From the NCBI GenBank assembly GCA_036742665.1, contig DAINQP010000003.1, forward strand, positions 3,301 through 67,300: a stretch of 64,000 bases of DNA, read 5' to 3'. Numbering within the stretch: the first letter of the stretch is position 1; each line of letters starts with the position of its first letter. Origin of the DNA: Vicinamibacterales bacterium (lineage in GTDB: Bacteria > Acidobacteriota > Vicinamibacteria > Vicinamibacterales > UBA2999). The translations under genes were made by a program, and so were the position numbers. Positions 52,466 to 62,084 of this stretch are shown here, piece after piece. The notes below the pieces were generated by a model, which saw only the letters and a program-made list of their open reading frames with translations, did not search any database and was not told the origin of the DNA.

Positions 52466-55400
52466 ATGACCACATCACACATGTCCGCCTTCGTACGAAC
52501 GCTGCTGTGCTCGGCGCTCTGCCTCGGTCTTCCGTCTTTCGTCTTCGCGCAATCCATCGCCGGCACCGTGCGCGACACGTCCGGAGCCGTCCTGCCGGGT
52601 GTCTCCGTAGAAGCCGCGAGTCCAGCACTCATCGAAAAGACGCGGTCGGTCGTCACCGACGCGAACGGTCAGTTTCAGATCATCGACCTTCGTCCAGGCA
52701 CCTACACCGTCACGTTCACGCTGCAGGGATTCACGACCGTTGCGCGGCAGAACCTCGAACTGAGCGGCGGTGGCGTGACGACGGTGAACGGGGAAATGCG
52801 GGTGGGTGGCATTCAGGAAACACTCACGGTCACCGGCGACGCGCCGGTCGTTGACATCCAGACCAGCACCAGTCGTGAGCAGGTGTTGAGCAACGACTTC
52901 GTGCGCGCGCTGCCTGCCTCGCGCGGCTACGGCAACTATCTCGCCGGCGTGCCCGGGATTCAGGGCACGGGACTTGGCGCGAGCGCAACGCCCTCGAACA
53001 ACTTCTTCACGGCACGCGGCGGACGCAGCAGCGAAGGCAACATTCAGATCGATGGCATGAACGTCGGCTCGTCGGTCGGCGGCGGCGGTGTGTCGGGCTA
53101 TCAGTACGACATGTCGAACGCCTCCGAGGTGCAGGTCACCATCGCCGGCGGCCTTGCGGAAGTCGATCGCGGCGGTCCGGCATTCAACATGATTCCGAAG
53201 ACCGGCGGCAACACGTTCAGCGGGTTCTACTTTGCGAGCCTCGCCGGCAAGTGGTCGCAAGGCAGCAACATCGACGCCGAGCTGGAAAGCTATGGGTTCG
53301 TTGACCAGTCGGCGCTGATTCGCAACTGGGACACAAACTTCGCGTTCAGCGGACCAATCCTGCACGACAAAATCTGGTTCTTCGCCAACGCCCGGACCAT
53401 TGGCACGTATCAGGACGTGCCGAACCAGTACGGGAACCTGAATGCGGACAATCCGAATTCGTGGGCCTACGCGCGCGACACCAGCGTGCACGTGCGGAAC
53501 TCCAATTCCAAGAAAGTCATCGCCACACGCCTCACATATCAGGCCACGCCGCGCAACAAGCTCGGGTTCTACGTTGATTACACCAAGAACTGCTCCGGCG
53601 GGTCGTACGCGCCAGACAGCGGTCAATGCCGCTCGCCCGGAGACGGCTGGACGGCGTCGGGTCCTGGCATCGGCCCTGGCGTGCCCACTTCGTCGCCGGA
53701 GTCGGGAACGATCTGGGACCATCCCGCGAAGATCATGCAGGCCACCTACTCGGCGCCGTGGACGAACCGCATCCTCGTCGAAGCGGGCTTCTCCTCGTTC
53801 TGGACCGAGTGGGGCGACATTCGTCCGGAGGGTGCTGCGGTCGATCGGATCGCGGTCACCGAGCAGCTCTCGAACGACCTCACCCAGACGCCCAACTCGA
53901 ACTTCATCTATCACGGCTGGCCGGCCACCTCGGGCACCATTCAGCAGAACGCGCAGTATCGCGCGTCCCTCTCATATGTGACGGGCGCGCATAGCTTCAA
54001 GGCCGGCTATCAGGGCGCGTTGATGATCGCCAAGACGCCGAGCTTCCTCGGTCAGCAGATTAGCTACCGTTTCAACAATGGTGTGCCCAATCAGTTGACA
54101 CAGCGCGTCGGACCCACGCTGACAAGCAACCGAACGTTGCCCGACGCCTTCTTCGTCCAGGATCAGTGGACGAGGTCGCGACTGACGGTGCAAGGCGGCC
54201 TGCGCTACGAGCACGTGCACAGCTATTTCCCGGAGGGCGAGAACGGCGTCATCGAGGCGCATCGTTTCGGGCCCGCGTTCATCTTCCCGAAAACCACCGG
54301 TGTGCGCGGCTACAACGACATCACGCCCCGGATGGGCGCGTCCTACGACCTGTTCGGCAACGGCAAGACGGCGCTGAAAGTCAGCATGAGCAAGTACCTG
54401 CAGGCGGCATTCAATGGTGACGCGTACACGATCAACAACCCCGCGGTCACGCTCCAGCAGACGACCAGCCGTGGATGGACCGATTCCAATCAGAACTTCG
54501 TCGCCGAATGCGATTTCATGAATCCCGCCGCCAATGGTGAATGCCAGGCGTGGACCAACTTGAACTGGGGACAGCAGGGCCAGACGACGGCGGTCAATCC
54601 CGACGTGCAGGAAGGCTGGGGCAAACGCAACTGGGACTGGCAGTTCAGCGCCGGCATTCAGCACGAGCTGATTCCACGCGTGTCGCTCGATGTGAGCTAC
54701 AGCCGCCGGTCGTGGGGCAACTTCTTCGTCACCCACAATCGCGCGCTGACAGCGAACGACTATGACGAGGTCACGCTGACGGCGCCCAGCGATCCTCGTC
54801 TGCCGGGTGGCGGCGGCTATCCGGTGACTTTCCTCGCACGCAACAACAACTCCCTGCTGGGCGCGACCGATCCGTATTACACGTCGACGGCGGATTTCGG
54901 CGACCAGACGAACTACTGGCAAGGTGTGGACGTGTCCGTGAATGCGCGGATGAACAACGGCCTGACCTTCCAGGGAGGCACCAGCAGCGGACGAGGCTAC
55001 AGCGACACGTGCGACGTACTCGTCGGACGCTACGGCAGGCCGATGACGCCGAGTACCGCAACCGTCGCAGCAGCCGGCGTGATCGACGGGCAACCGGCGT
55101 GCAGCGCCGGCGAGCCGTGGCTCACCACCGTCCGCGGCCTCGCGTCGTACACCATCCCCAAGGTTGATGTGCTCGTCAGCGCGATCTTCCGCTCGCAGGC
55201 CAACGTCCAGCCGGGCGCCGACGTCGGGACCAACGGCGCCTCCCGATCGGCGAATTTCGTGATGACGGCAGCACAATTCCTGACTGCCACCGGGCGGCCA
55301 CTGCGCACCGGGGTCACCAGCGAAACCGTCAACATCCTGATGCCGGGAGAGATCTACGGTGATCGGGTGAACAACCTCGACATGCGCGTCGCGAAGGTCC

Positions 55401-55579
55401 TGCGTTTTGGCGGCACGCGCGCGAACGTCGGCGTCGACTTCTACAACCTCACGAACGGGAACACAGGCACAACGTTCGAAGCGGCCTACGATCCGGCCAC
55501 GATGGGCGGGCGGTGGTTGCGGCCGACGGCAGTGCTGCAGCCACGGTTTGTACGGTTCAACGTGCAATTCGATTTCTAG
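52466..55579 (+). CDS. TonB-dependent receptor-like outer-membrane protein with an N-terminal carboxypeptidase-regulatory-like domain (copy 2)
   Basis: GGGAG lies 5 nt upstream of ATG 52466. The signal peptide ends SFVFAQSIAGT. GAVLPGVSVEAASPALIEKTRSVVTDANGQFQIIDLRPGTYTVTFTLQGF matches copy 1. The product ends in RFNVQFDF. Confidence 0.85.
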   Translation: MTTSHMSAFVRTLLCSALCLGLPSFVFAQSIAGTVRDTSGAVLPGVSVEAASPALIEKTRSVVTDANGQFQIIDLRPGTYTVTFTLQGFTTVARQNLELSGGGVTTVNGEMRVGGIQETLTVTGDAPVVDIQTSTSREQVLSNDFVRALPASRGYGNYLAGVPGIQGTGLGASATPSNNFFTARGGRSSEGNIQIDGMNVGSSVGGGGVSGYQYDMSNASEVQVTIAGGLAEVDRGGPAFNMIPKTGGNTFSGFYFASLAGKWSQGSNIDAELESYGFVDQSALIRNWDTNFAFSGPILHDKIWFFANARTIGTYQDVPNQYGNLNADNPNSWAYARDTSVHVRNSNSKKVIATRLTYQATPRNKLGFYVDYTKNCSGGSYAPDSGQCRSPGDGWTASGPGIGPGVPTSSPESGTIWDHPAKIMQATYSAPWTNRILVEAGFSSFWTEWGDIRPEGAAVDRIAVTEQLSNDLTQTPNSNFIYHGWPATSGTIQQNAQYRASLSYVTGAHSFKAGYQGALMIAKTPSFLGQQISYRFNNGVPNQLTQRVGPTLTSNRTLPDAFFVQDQWTRSRLTVQGGLRYEHVHSYFPEGENGVIEAHRFGPAFIFPKTTGVRGYNDITPRMGASYDLFGNGKTALKVSMSKYLQAAFNGDAYTINNPAVTLQQTTSRGWTDSNQNFVAECDFMNPAANGECQAWTNLNWGQQGQTTAVNPDVQEGWGKRNWDWQFSAGIQHELIPRVSLDVSYSRRSWGNFFVTHNRALTANDYDEVTLTAPSDPRLPGGGGYPVTFLARNNNSLLGATDPYYTSTADFGDQTNYWQGVDVSVNARMNNGLTFQGGTSSGRGYSDTCDVLVGRYGRPMTPSTATVAAAGVIDGQPACSAGEPWLTTVRGLASYTIPKVDVLVSAIFRSQANVQPGADVGTNGASRSANFVMTAAQFLTATGRPLRTGVTSETVNILMPGEIYGDRVNNLDMRVAKVLRFGGTRANVGVDFYNLTNGNTGTTFEAAYDPATMGGRWLRPTAVLQPRFVRFNVQFDF

Positions 55580-55580
55580 A

Positions 55581-55610
55581 TGTCGTGTCCGGCTTTAGCC
55601 GGACACGACA
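55581..55610. repeat. REP-like hairpin (type A), 13-bp perfect stem, directly after the receptor stop
   Basis: TGTCGTGTCCGGC-TTTA-GCCGGACACGACA. It may double as a terminator. Confidence 0.6.
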
Positions 55611-55644
55611 CGAAACGCCACTCGAATCGCATCTCGTTCTTCAC

Positions 55645-55670
55645 GCCGATCCCAGGTATCTGGGATCGGC
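55645..55670 (+). terminator. Second hairpin (11-bp perfect stem, 4-nt loop) downstream of the receptor gene
   Basis: GCCGATCCCAG-GTAT-CTGGGATCGGC. Confidence 0.45.
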
Positions 55671-55802
55671 GATGCCGTAATCCGATATCCGCACTGGGAA
55701 GGACGCCTCGACCGGTACGGAGGTTGTCCGCCAATACGCAAATCAGACGAGCCCTCGAAATATTCGGGGAATAGTTGCGAGTGCGCGGCGATACAGGACT
55801 GT

Positions 55803-56453
55803 ATGCGTCCCTCATATCGTTCGCTGGCGTTCATCGGCTATGTCCTTACGTTTCATCTCGCGTGGGCATGTTGGCCGTACTTCGTCTACCCCAGGGTCGT
55901 GGCGATTGGCGAGACGACTCTGGCATATGCGCTCGTCAACATCGGGATCCGGCTTCTGGTCTGGGTGCTGCCCGTCTGGCTGTACGTGCGCCTCGTGGAC
56001 GGACTTGATCCGTTGATTTATTTGAAGTTGCGATACCGCGTACGACGAGGTGTTGTCATCGCGCTCGTGCTTGCCACGATGAATCTGGCCGGATCGATCC
56101 TGCGATTTGGCATGCCACATCCAGACATGCACAGGGTGACTTGGAACAGCCTGCTGGGGACGTCGTTCCTGGTTGGCTTCATCGAGGAGATTCCGTACCG
56201 CGGATTCATCTTGCAGAAGCTCGCCGAACGCATGAATTTCTGGGTGGCGAATCTGATCACATCGCTGCTGTTTCTCTCGATTCACGTGCCGGGCTGGCTG
56301 ACACTCCACTTGTTGCGCGCAGAGACGATGGCAACGGTCTTCGTCATCGGCTTCGTGATGGGAATCGCCTTCAGGTACGCCGACTCGCTATGGACGCCGA
56401 TCATCGTTCACAGCACGAACGATTTTTCGTCGTTCGTGCTGTTTCAGGTGTGA
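55803..56453 (+). CDS. CPBP-family intramembrane glutamic endopeptidase (CAAX protease-like)
   Basis: It is a polytopic protein. Motif 1 is FIEEIPYRGF, followed by LLFLSIH and then IIVHSTNDF. Confidence 0.8.
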   Translation: MRPSYRSLAFIGYVLTFHLAWACWPYFVYPRVVAIGETTLAYALVNIGIRLLVWVLPVWLYVRLVDGLDPLIYLKLRYRVRRGVVIALVLATMNLAGSILRFGMPHPDMHRVTWNSLLGTSFLVGFIEEIPYRGFILQKLAERMNFWVANLITSLLFLSIHVPGWLTLHLLRAETMATVFVIGFVMGIAFRYADSLWTPIIVHSTNDFSSFVLFQV

Positions 56454-56519
56454 GTCATCAACGGCGCGTGTCTTCAACAGACGATTTCGCACACTTCATG
56501 TGGGAGGTCCTACTGGATT

Positions 56520-57878
56520 TCAGCTCGGGAGAATGTTCACGTTCTGCCGGAAGAAATTATCGGGGTCGTACTTCGTTTTGAGTGCTCGTAATTGCGCCAG
56601 GTTCGTTCCATACACTACCGCCGCGGCGTTGAACACTTCGTCTTCGAGGTAGTTCAGGTAACGCGTCGGCGCCAGATACGGCGTGAGCGATGCGTACGTG
56701 TCGCGAGCCCACTTCATTCCCCGCTCTGTCGCGTTCGGATCCGTCCACTGCGAGGCGATGACGACGTTGAAGCCGCTGACCCTCAATGTGCACGCCGTGG
56801 CCGTCACCGGTACACGACTGACTGCGCCGTGGACGTGCTCGACAATGATGGCGCTCATCGGTGACGGACGTGCCTCAAATGCGTCGATCAGCGTGCGAAT
56901 GGCACCGTCGCCGAGGTCGGTCAGGAACTGCGCTTTCCAGTAATTGAGCGCACCCTTCGGGAATGCAGGATCGATCATGCCGTTGAGCGTCGTGTACGGG
57001 ATAGGTCCCATCACATCCATCACCGGTGGGCCAAAGGCCTTCAGGGGCCGGAAGGCGGCCTCACCGTGCTCGAGCGGGCCACAGTGGCTGCCAACAATGC
57101 CTGCCACCCTGGTCGCACCATCTGGCGCCGTCTGTAGCGCGGCTAACAGCGTGGCTTCGTCAGGCAGCGAAGCGCAGGTGTCACGGAAGAACCGGAGTAC
57201 GTCGCCCGCTCGTTGCACGGGATGAGCCACAACACCGCCGGTGATCGTCGGGCCGACCGGGTGGAGTGCGTACTCGAGCGACGCGGCGATGCCGAAGTTA
57301 CCGCCGCCGCCGCGAATGGCCCAGAAGAGATCGGGATTTTCATCAGCGCTCGCGCGCACCACGCGGCCGTCGGCCATCACCAGGTCGGCGGACCTGAGGT
57401 TGTCGAGGGCAAGGCCGTACTTCGACATCAGCCAACCAAGTCCTCCGCCGAGCGTGAGGCCCGCGATCCCTGTGCTGCCGACGACGCCGCCGGTCGTGGC
57501 CAGTCCGTGCAGCTGTGTCTCGCGGTTGAACTCTTTCCACAGTACACCGCCCTCAGCGCGCACGTGTCGAGCACGCGGGTCGACGTGAATGCCTTTCATC
57601 GGCGACAGATCGATCATCAAGCCGTCGTCGATGGTTGCCCGGCCCGCGACATTGTGACCTCCGCCTCGTACCGACACTTCGAGGCCGTTCGCACGGGCCA
57701 ATCGCACCGCGTCAACGATGTCGGCGACGCCGTGACAGCGGGCCACGAGCGCCGGATGCCTGTCGATCAGACCGTTATGCACTCGACGGACCTCGTCGTA
57801 GCCCGGATCGTCCGGCCGCAGCAGTTGCCCTGTGAACGATGGAGCAGCAAGCGTAAGGGCTTCAGCGATCGATGTCAT
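56520..57878 (-). CDS. FAD-binding oxidoreductase (FAD_binding_4 / BBE-like)
   Basis: GAGGGAG lies upstream of ATG 57878. Motifs are DIVDAVRLARANGLEVSVRGGGHNVAGRA and a C-terminal BBE-like YDPDNFFRQNVNI. It has no signal peptide. Confidence 0.85.
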   Translation of the reverse strand: MTSIAEALTLAAPSFTGQLLRPDDPGYDEVRRVHNGLIDRHPALVARCHGVADIVDAVRLARANGLEVSVRGGGHNVAGRATIDDGLMIDLSPMKGIHVDPRARHVRAEGGVLWKEFNRETQLHGLATTGGVVGSTGIAGLTLGGGLGWLMSKYGLALDNLRSADLVMADGRVVRASADENPDLFWAIRGGGGNFGIAASLEYALHPVGPTITGGVVAHPVQRAGDVLRFFRDTCASLPDEATLLAALQTAPDGATRVAGIVGSHCGPLEHGEAAFRPLKAFGPPVMDVMGPIPYTTLNGMIDPAFPKGALNYWKAQFLTDLGDGAIRTLIDAFEARPSPMSAIIVEHVHGAVSRVPVTATACTLRVSGFNVVIASQWTDPNATERGMKWARDTYASLTPYLAPTRYLNYLEDEVFNAAAVVYGTNLAQLRALKTKYDPDNFFRQNVNILPS

Positions 57879-57889
57879 GAGTAACTCCC

Positions 57890-58291
57890 TCAACGAACGA
57901 CCACGGTGCCGACCATTCCCGGGTGAATCGCGCAGTGATACTGAAACGTGCCGGCACTCTGGAACGCAAACGAGAATCGACCGCCGGGTGCGATGTTTCC
58001 CGAGTTCCACCCCGCCGCATCCGACGTCGAGGTGTGAGTCGTGGCATCCGCGTTGAGCCACGTCACGGTCGTGCCTGGGGCAATGTTCAACTCGGCCGGC
58101 ACATAGGCGCGATTCCCGAGAGATGACGCACCGACCGGAATCGTCACGGACGATGATGGCGGCGCAGGAGTTTGCGGCGGCGGAGCCGAAGGCGCTGGTG
58201 AGGGTGAATCAGGAGATGACGAGGAGTTGTCCCCGCAGGCAACCGCAAACACCAGAGTTGCAGAGATGAGAGCAAGACGCATTGACAACAT
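57890..58291 (-). CDS. Cupredoxin (plastocyanin/azurin-like type 1 copper) lipoprotein
   Basis: GGAGGA lies 7 nt upstream of ATG 58291. The lipobox is LVFAVACGD, followed by a Pro/Ser linker. The copper site reads THTS...YHCAIHPGM. Confidence 0.8.
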   Translation of the reverse strand: MLSMRLALISATLVFAVACGDNSSSSPDSPSPAPSAPPPQTPAPPSSSVTIPVGASSLGNRAYVPAELNIAPGTTVTWLNADATTHTSTSDAAGWNSGNIAPGGRFSFAFQSAGTFQYHCAIHPGMVGTVVVR

Positions 58292-58393
58292 CAGAGGATC
58301 CTCCAAGCCGGAATTGTGTAAAGCCGCGTTACACCATCCCTAAATCTCGCGGCGTGCCGGAATATTCCGGACGCTTCGCATGTTTGCGTCCTC

Positions 58394-58948
58394 GTGAACC
58401 ACGAGAACCCAATCCGCGTCCTGGCGATTTCCGGCAGCCTTCGACGAACATCCTCGAACAGTGCGCTTGTCAGAGCTGTCGCTCGGCTCGCGCCCAAATC
58501 AGTGAAAGTGTTCATTTACTCGGAATTGGCGTCTGTTCCGCCGTTCAATCCGGACCTCGACGGAGAGACGGCCCCCGACGCGGTGACCCGATTCCGGCTT
58601 GCGCTACAGGCGTGCGATGCAATCGTGATATCGAGCCCCGAGTACGCCCACGGAGTGCCCGGTGTTCTGAAGAATGCGCTGGACTGGGTGGTCGCCAGCG
58701 GTGAGCTGATCGAGATGCCGGTCGCTCTGATCAACACGTCCGAGCGTGCAGTTCATGCGTGGGAGTCGCTGGCCGAAACGCTGGGCGTGATGTCGGCGCA
58801 CGTGCTGCTCGATGCGTCGATCACCGTCCCGCTCGGCGGCAGAACGCTCGATGCGGACGGGATCGTTGCGGATGCAGCGATTGCCACAGCATTGAGGCGT
58901 GCGATCGACGTGCTCGCGGCCGAGGCACGTGAGGGACGGGCGGCCTAA
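58394..58948 (+). CDS. NAD(P)H-dependent FMN reductase
   Basis: It has a GTG start. Motifs are IRVLAISGSLRRTSSNSAL and VISSPEYAHGVPGVLKNALDW. Confidence 0.85.
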   Translation: MNHENPIRVLAISGSLRRTSSNSALVRAVARLAPKSVKVFIYSELASVPPFNPDLDGETAPDAVTRFRLALQACDAIVISSPEYAHGVPGVLKNALDWVVASGELIEMPVALINTSERAVHAWESLAETLGVMSAHVLLDASITVPLGGRTLDADGIVADAAIATALRRAIDVLAAEAREGRAA

Positions 58949-58966
58949 ACCGCGCGCTACGAGGCC

Positions 58967-61327
58967 TCAGAACGCCACGGGCGCGCGGCTGTTCGAAACA
59001 GTGTCGATGTCGTCCATCAACGAGTCGATAGAGGCACTGCGCCCGGCCGCATAGGCGAGCGCCCAGCGATCCGGTCCGAGGCGTGCCCGCGCCTCCCGCT
59101 CCGGTTGCTGCTGAAGGTCCTGCACGGATTTGTCGACGACCGTGACGCCGGTGCGCTCAGTCACGGCATCCCGGGCGCCCAGGAGGCGCGCCGCCCATGC
59201 CTCGTCACGCTTCAGTACCGCCGCGGCAGTGAGAGGGACGAGCGCGTATACGAACGCAAACTTGTCATGAAGCTCGCGGATTCGCGAGAGGCTCTCACGT
59301 ACCAACGCGATCGCCTCATCGGGATTTCCGCGCCGCACGGCCAGGACTGCGCGAGCATACAGGGCCCAGGTCAGGAACCACGGACCGGCCTGTCTGAGCA
59401 CGGATGTGGCCTCATCGAGCAGGCGTTCCGCTTGAGCGGTGTCGCCGGTCGCAAGAGCGAGCACCGCCATTCCACTCAACGCATTCCCGGTGCCCGACGG
59501 AATCGCAAGCGCCCGGAACCGTTCGATGCTTCGGGCAAATCGCTCGCGGGCGATGGTGACGTTCCCGAGCGCGTGCTCGACGTGCCCGGAAAGATGTTCT
59601 GCCTGCGCGGCCGTCTCCGTGTCGCCAGCGTCGTGTGCCAGCGCCAGGGCGCGGTCGACCCCAGTGCGCGCGCGCTCGAGTCCTCCCTGCGTCCACCACA
59701 TCCCGGCCGCTCCGAGGAGCGCTCTCGATTCGGCCGTCGCTGGAAGAGACGGCACGTTCAGAATCTGCTCATACCATCTGAGGCCTTCGGTCGCATGCCC
59801 ACGGATCAACCAGAAGTACTTCAGCCCCCAGGCGATGTCGGTCGCTTCGACGGAGCGGCCGCGCTCAATGAGCCACGCAAGCGCACCGCGGTAACTCTCG
59901 AGATCATCACGCACGCGATCGAGCCATTCACCCTGCGCCGGGCCTATCAGCCCCTTCGCCGCACCGGCCGCTTCCGCGAGGCAATATCGCGCGAGCCCTT
60001 CCAGGGCGTCGTCGCGTTCACCCGCTGCAGTGAGCTCGTTCGCGGCGAACGCCCGCACCGTTTCGAGCATTTCGTACAGCGGACGTGTAGCCACAGCGGT
60101 CTCGGCGCGCAGAAGAAGACTCCGGTCGATCAAGCTTGCTGCACCGCGAACCACGTCGTCGATCCTGGCCGACCCTTCCCTACCGGCGAGGACAGCGACG
60201 GCAGCTTCAATCGGAAAACGACCCGGGAGCGCGCCCAGACGCCGGAACACGCGCTGCTCGTTCGATGACAGCAGTTGATAGCTCCAGGCGACCGTCGCGT
60301 TCATCGTTTGCTGGCGTTCCGGAAGATCGCGAGGTCCCACGCTCGAGAGCAGGACAACGTCTGTCAATCGCCGGAGGAGATCCTCGATCGTCAACACTTT
60401 GATCCAGGGCGCTGCAAGCTCGAGCGCCAGCGGCAGGGCATCGAGCCGACGACAGATTGCCGTGACGATGGGGCCGTTGGCGCGCGTGAGGCGGAAATCA
60501 GGTTTCACGTCCCGAACACGTTCCACGAACAAGCGCACCGCTGGAGACCGCGCGAGGTCGCCAGGCGAAGTCACCGTGTCATCAACATCCAGCGCAAGCG
60601 GTCCTACGGGGTACTCACGCTCTCCTCGCACATGAAGCGACGCGCGGCTGGTCACCAGCACTCGGAGCGCACCAACCGACGCCAGGAGATCCGCAACCAG
60701 CGGAGCCGCATCCAGCACCTGCTCGAAATTGTCGAGCACGAGCAGAGTCGCGCGACCGTCGCACGAGGCCTGCAGGCGCGCCGGCAGATTGTGCGCAGTC
60801 ACGTCCGGCAGCCCGAACGCTTCGGCAACCGCCAACGCCACGAACGCAGGATTGCGAATGACGGCCAGCGGGACGAACACGACACGCGCGGCGTTCTCTG
60901 TCCCGATCACGCGTGCGATCTCCATCGCGAGACGAGTCTTACCAGCCCCTCCAGGACCGGTGAGCGTGATGAGGCGTACCGCGGAATCAGCGAGCCATTG
61001 ACGCAACGTCTGCACATCAGCGTCCCGGCCGAGAAGCGGGGTCAGAGGTAGCGGCAGCGCGACGCCGCTCAATTCATCGGTCGCATCATGGTGAGGTGGC
61101 CTCGCGCGTTCGAGGAGGGCATCGCGAGTCTCGGCGGTCAGGTCGAGCGCCGCGGACAGCGCACGAACAGTATCGAGGTGAGGTCTTCGCCGTTCGCCGC
61201 GCTCCAGCGCGCTCACGGCATGCACCGACAGACCGGAGATCGTCGCGAGCTCTTCCTGAGTAAAGCCTGCACCCTCGCGAAGCGCTTTGAGCTGCGCGCC
61301 AAATGACCGCTGAGTGCCAAGTTTCAC
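58967..61327 (-). CDS. XRE-type HTH + P-loop NTPase (NB-ARC/STAND-like) + TPR regulator
   Basis: It has a GTG start. The HTH reads LKALREGAGFTQEELATISGLSVHAVSALERGER. Walker A is LTGPGGAGKTRLA and Walker B is LLVLDNFEQV. The C-terminal half consists of TPR-like helices. Confidence 0.8.
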   Translation of the reverse strand: MKLGTQRSFGAQLKALREGAGFTQEELATISGLSVHAVSALERGERRRPHLDTVRALSAALDLTAETRDALLERARPPHHDATDELSGVALPLPLTPLLGRDADVQTLRQWLADSAVRLITLTGPGGAGKTRLAMEIARVIGTENAARVVFVPLAVIRNPAFVALAVAEAFGLPDVTAHNLPARLQASCDGRATLLVLDNFEQVLDAAPLVADLLASVGALRVLVTSRASLHVRGEREYPVGPLALDVDDTVTSPGDLARSPAVRLFVERVRDVKPDFRLTRANGPIVTAICRRLDALPLALELAAPWIKVLTIEDLLRRLTDVVLLSSVGPRDLPERQQTMNATVAWSYQLLSSNEQRVFRRLGALPGRFPIEAAVAVLAGREGSARIDDVVRGAASLIDRSLLLRAETAVATRPLYEMLETVRAFAANELTAAGERDDALEGLARYCLAEAAGAAKGLIGPAQGEWLDRVRDDLESYRGALAWLIERGRSVEATDIAWGLKYFWLIRGHATEGLRWYEQILNVPSLPATAESRALLGAAGMWWTQGGLERARTGVDRALALAHDAGDTETAAQAEHLSGHVEHALGNVTIARERFARSIERFRALAIPSGTGNALSGMAVLALATGDTAQAERLLDEATSVLRQAGPWFLTWALYARAVLAVRRGNPDEAIALVRESLSRIRELHDKFAFVYALVPLTAAAVLKRDEAWAARLLGARDAVTERTGVTVVDKSVQDLQQQPEREARARLGPDRWALAYAAGRSASIDSLMDDIDTVSNSRAPVAF

Positions 61328-61541
61328 GGCCCCTACATCTTACTGCCACCGTACGGGCGCTGTGCGGGTCCTGTGCGACTGCTGTGGGTGGTCGCCGGTC
61401 GGCCGTCATTCCACACTGGCCGCAAAGCTGACGACATCAGAAGCGACGTCGTGTTCTCGAACATCCGATTACGCGACACCGGTTTCCACTTCCGCCACCC
61501 GACGCTCGAGCACGGGCTCCAGCAAGTTTTCGGAGCATTCC

Positions 61542-62084
61542 ATGAGTACTGAATTGTGCGGCCTCGCGACGACGCCGACCGTCGAGCAAAATTTTGATGA
61601 AGTTGTCCTGCCCCACCTCGGTGCTGCACATCGGCTGGCGCGCTGGCTCATGCGGAACGAGCACGACGCCGAGGACGTTGTGCAGGACGCATCGCTGCGC
61701 GCGTTCCGGTACTTCCGGACATTCACGGGGGGAGATGGCCGTGCCTGGTTCCTCCGCATCGTGCGCAATACCTGCTCCGGCTGGCGCGGCCACCGGATCG
61801 ACGCGCTAACCGATGCGTTCGATGAAGAGCAGCACCACGCTGTGCGGCCAGAGTTCGATCCCGAAATGTTGCTGCTTCAGAGCGACGACGCAACGTTGAT
61901 CGCTCGCGCGATGCGCACGTTGCCGGAGCGGTTTCAACACCTGCTCGTGCTGCGTGAGATGCAAGGTCTGTCCTACCGAGAACTGGCGGAGGTGATGGAG
62001 ATCCCGATCGGAACTGTGATGTCGAGGCTCGCGCGCGCGCGAGAAGCGCTCCGTGACGCGCTGGACGGCGCGCTGAGACGTTAG
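61542..62084 (+). CDS. ECF-type sigma-70 family RNA polymerase sigma factor
   Basis: GGAG lies upstream of ATG 61542. Region 2 reads DAEDVVQDASLRAFRYF. Region 4 reads LSYRELAEVMEIPIGTVMSRLARAREAL. There is no anti-sigma gene downstream on the same strand. Confidence 0.85.
   Translation: MSTELCGLATTPTVEQNFDEVVLPHLGAAHRLARWLMRNEHDAEDVVQDASLRAFRYFRTFTGGDGRAWFLRIVRNTCSGWRGHRIDALTDAFDEEQHHAVRPEFDPEMLLLQSDDATLIARAMRTLPERFQHLLVLREMQGLSYRELAEVMEIPIGTVMSRLARAREALRDALDGALRR

Noticed and set aside
52475-55567. Two long minus-strand ORFs (52475-53914, 479 aa; 53972-55567, 531 aa) inside receptor copy 2. Similar antisense ORFs are 31333-32361, 42347-43789, 36283-37638, 34485-35648, 45030-45953, 13237-14118, 17100-17972, 3821-4753 and 1438-2247.
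   Set aside because: These are typical high-GC 'shadow' ORFs opposite genes with clear family signatures. Their products are Arg/Gly/Ala/His-rich and low-complexity, with no recognisable motifs and no RBS.
58967-61327. The STAND NTPase with TPR repeats as an Avs-like antiphage defence gene.
   Set aside because: The N-terminal domain is an XRE-type HTH, not a nuclease, protease or other effector. The architecture matches large transcriptional regulators, and there are no neighbouring defence genes.
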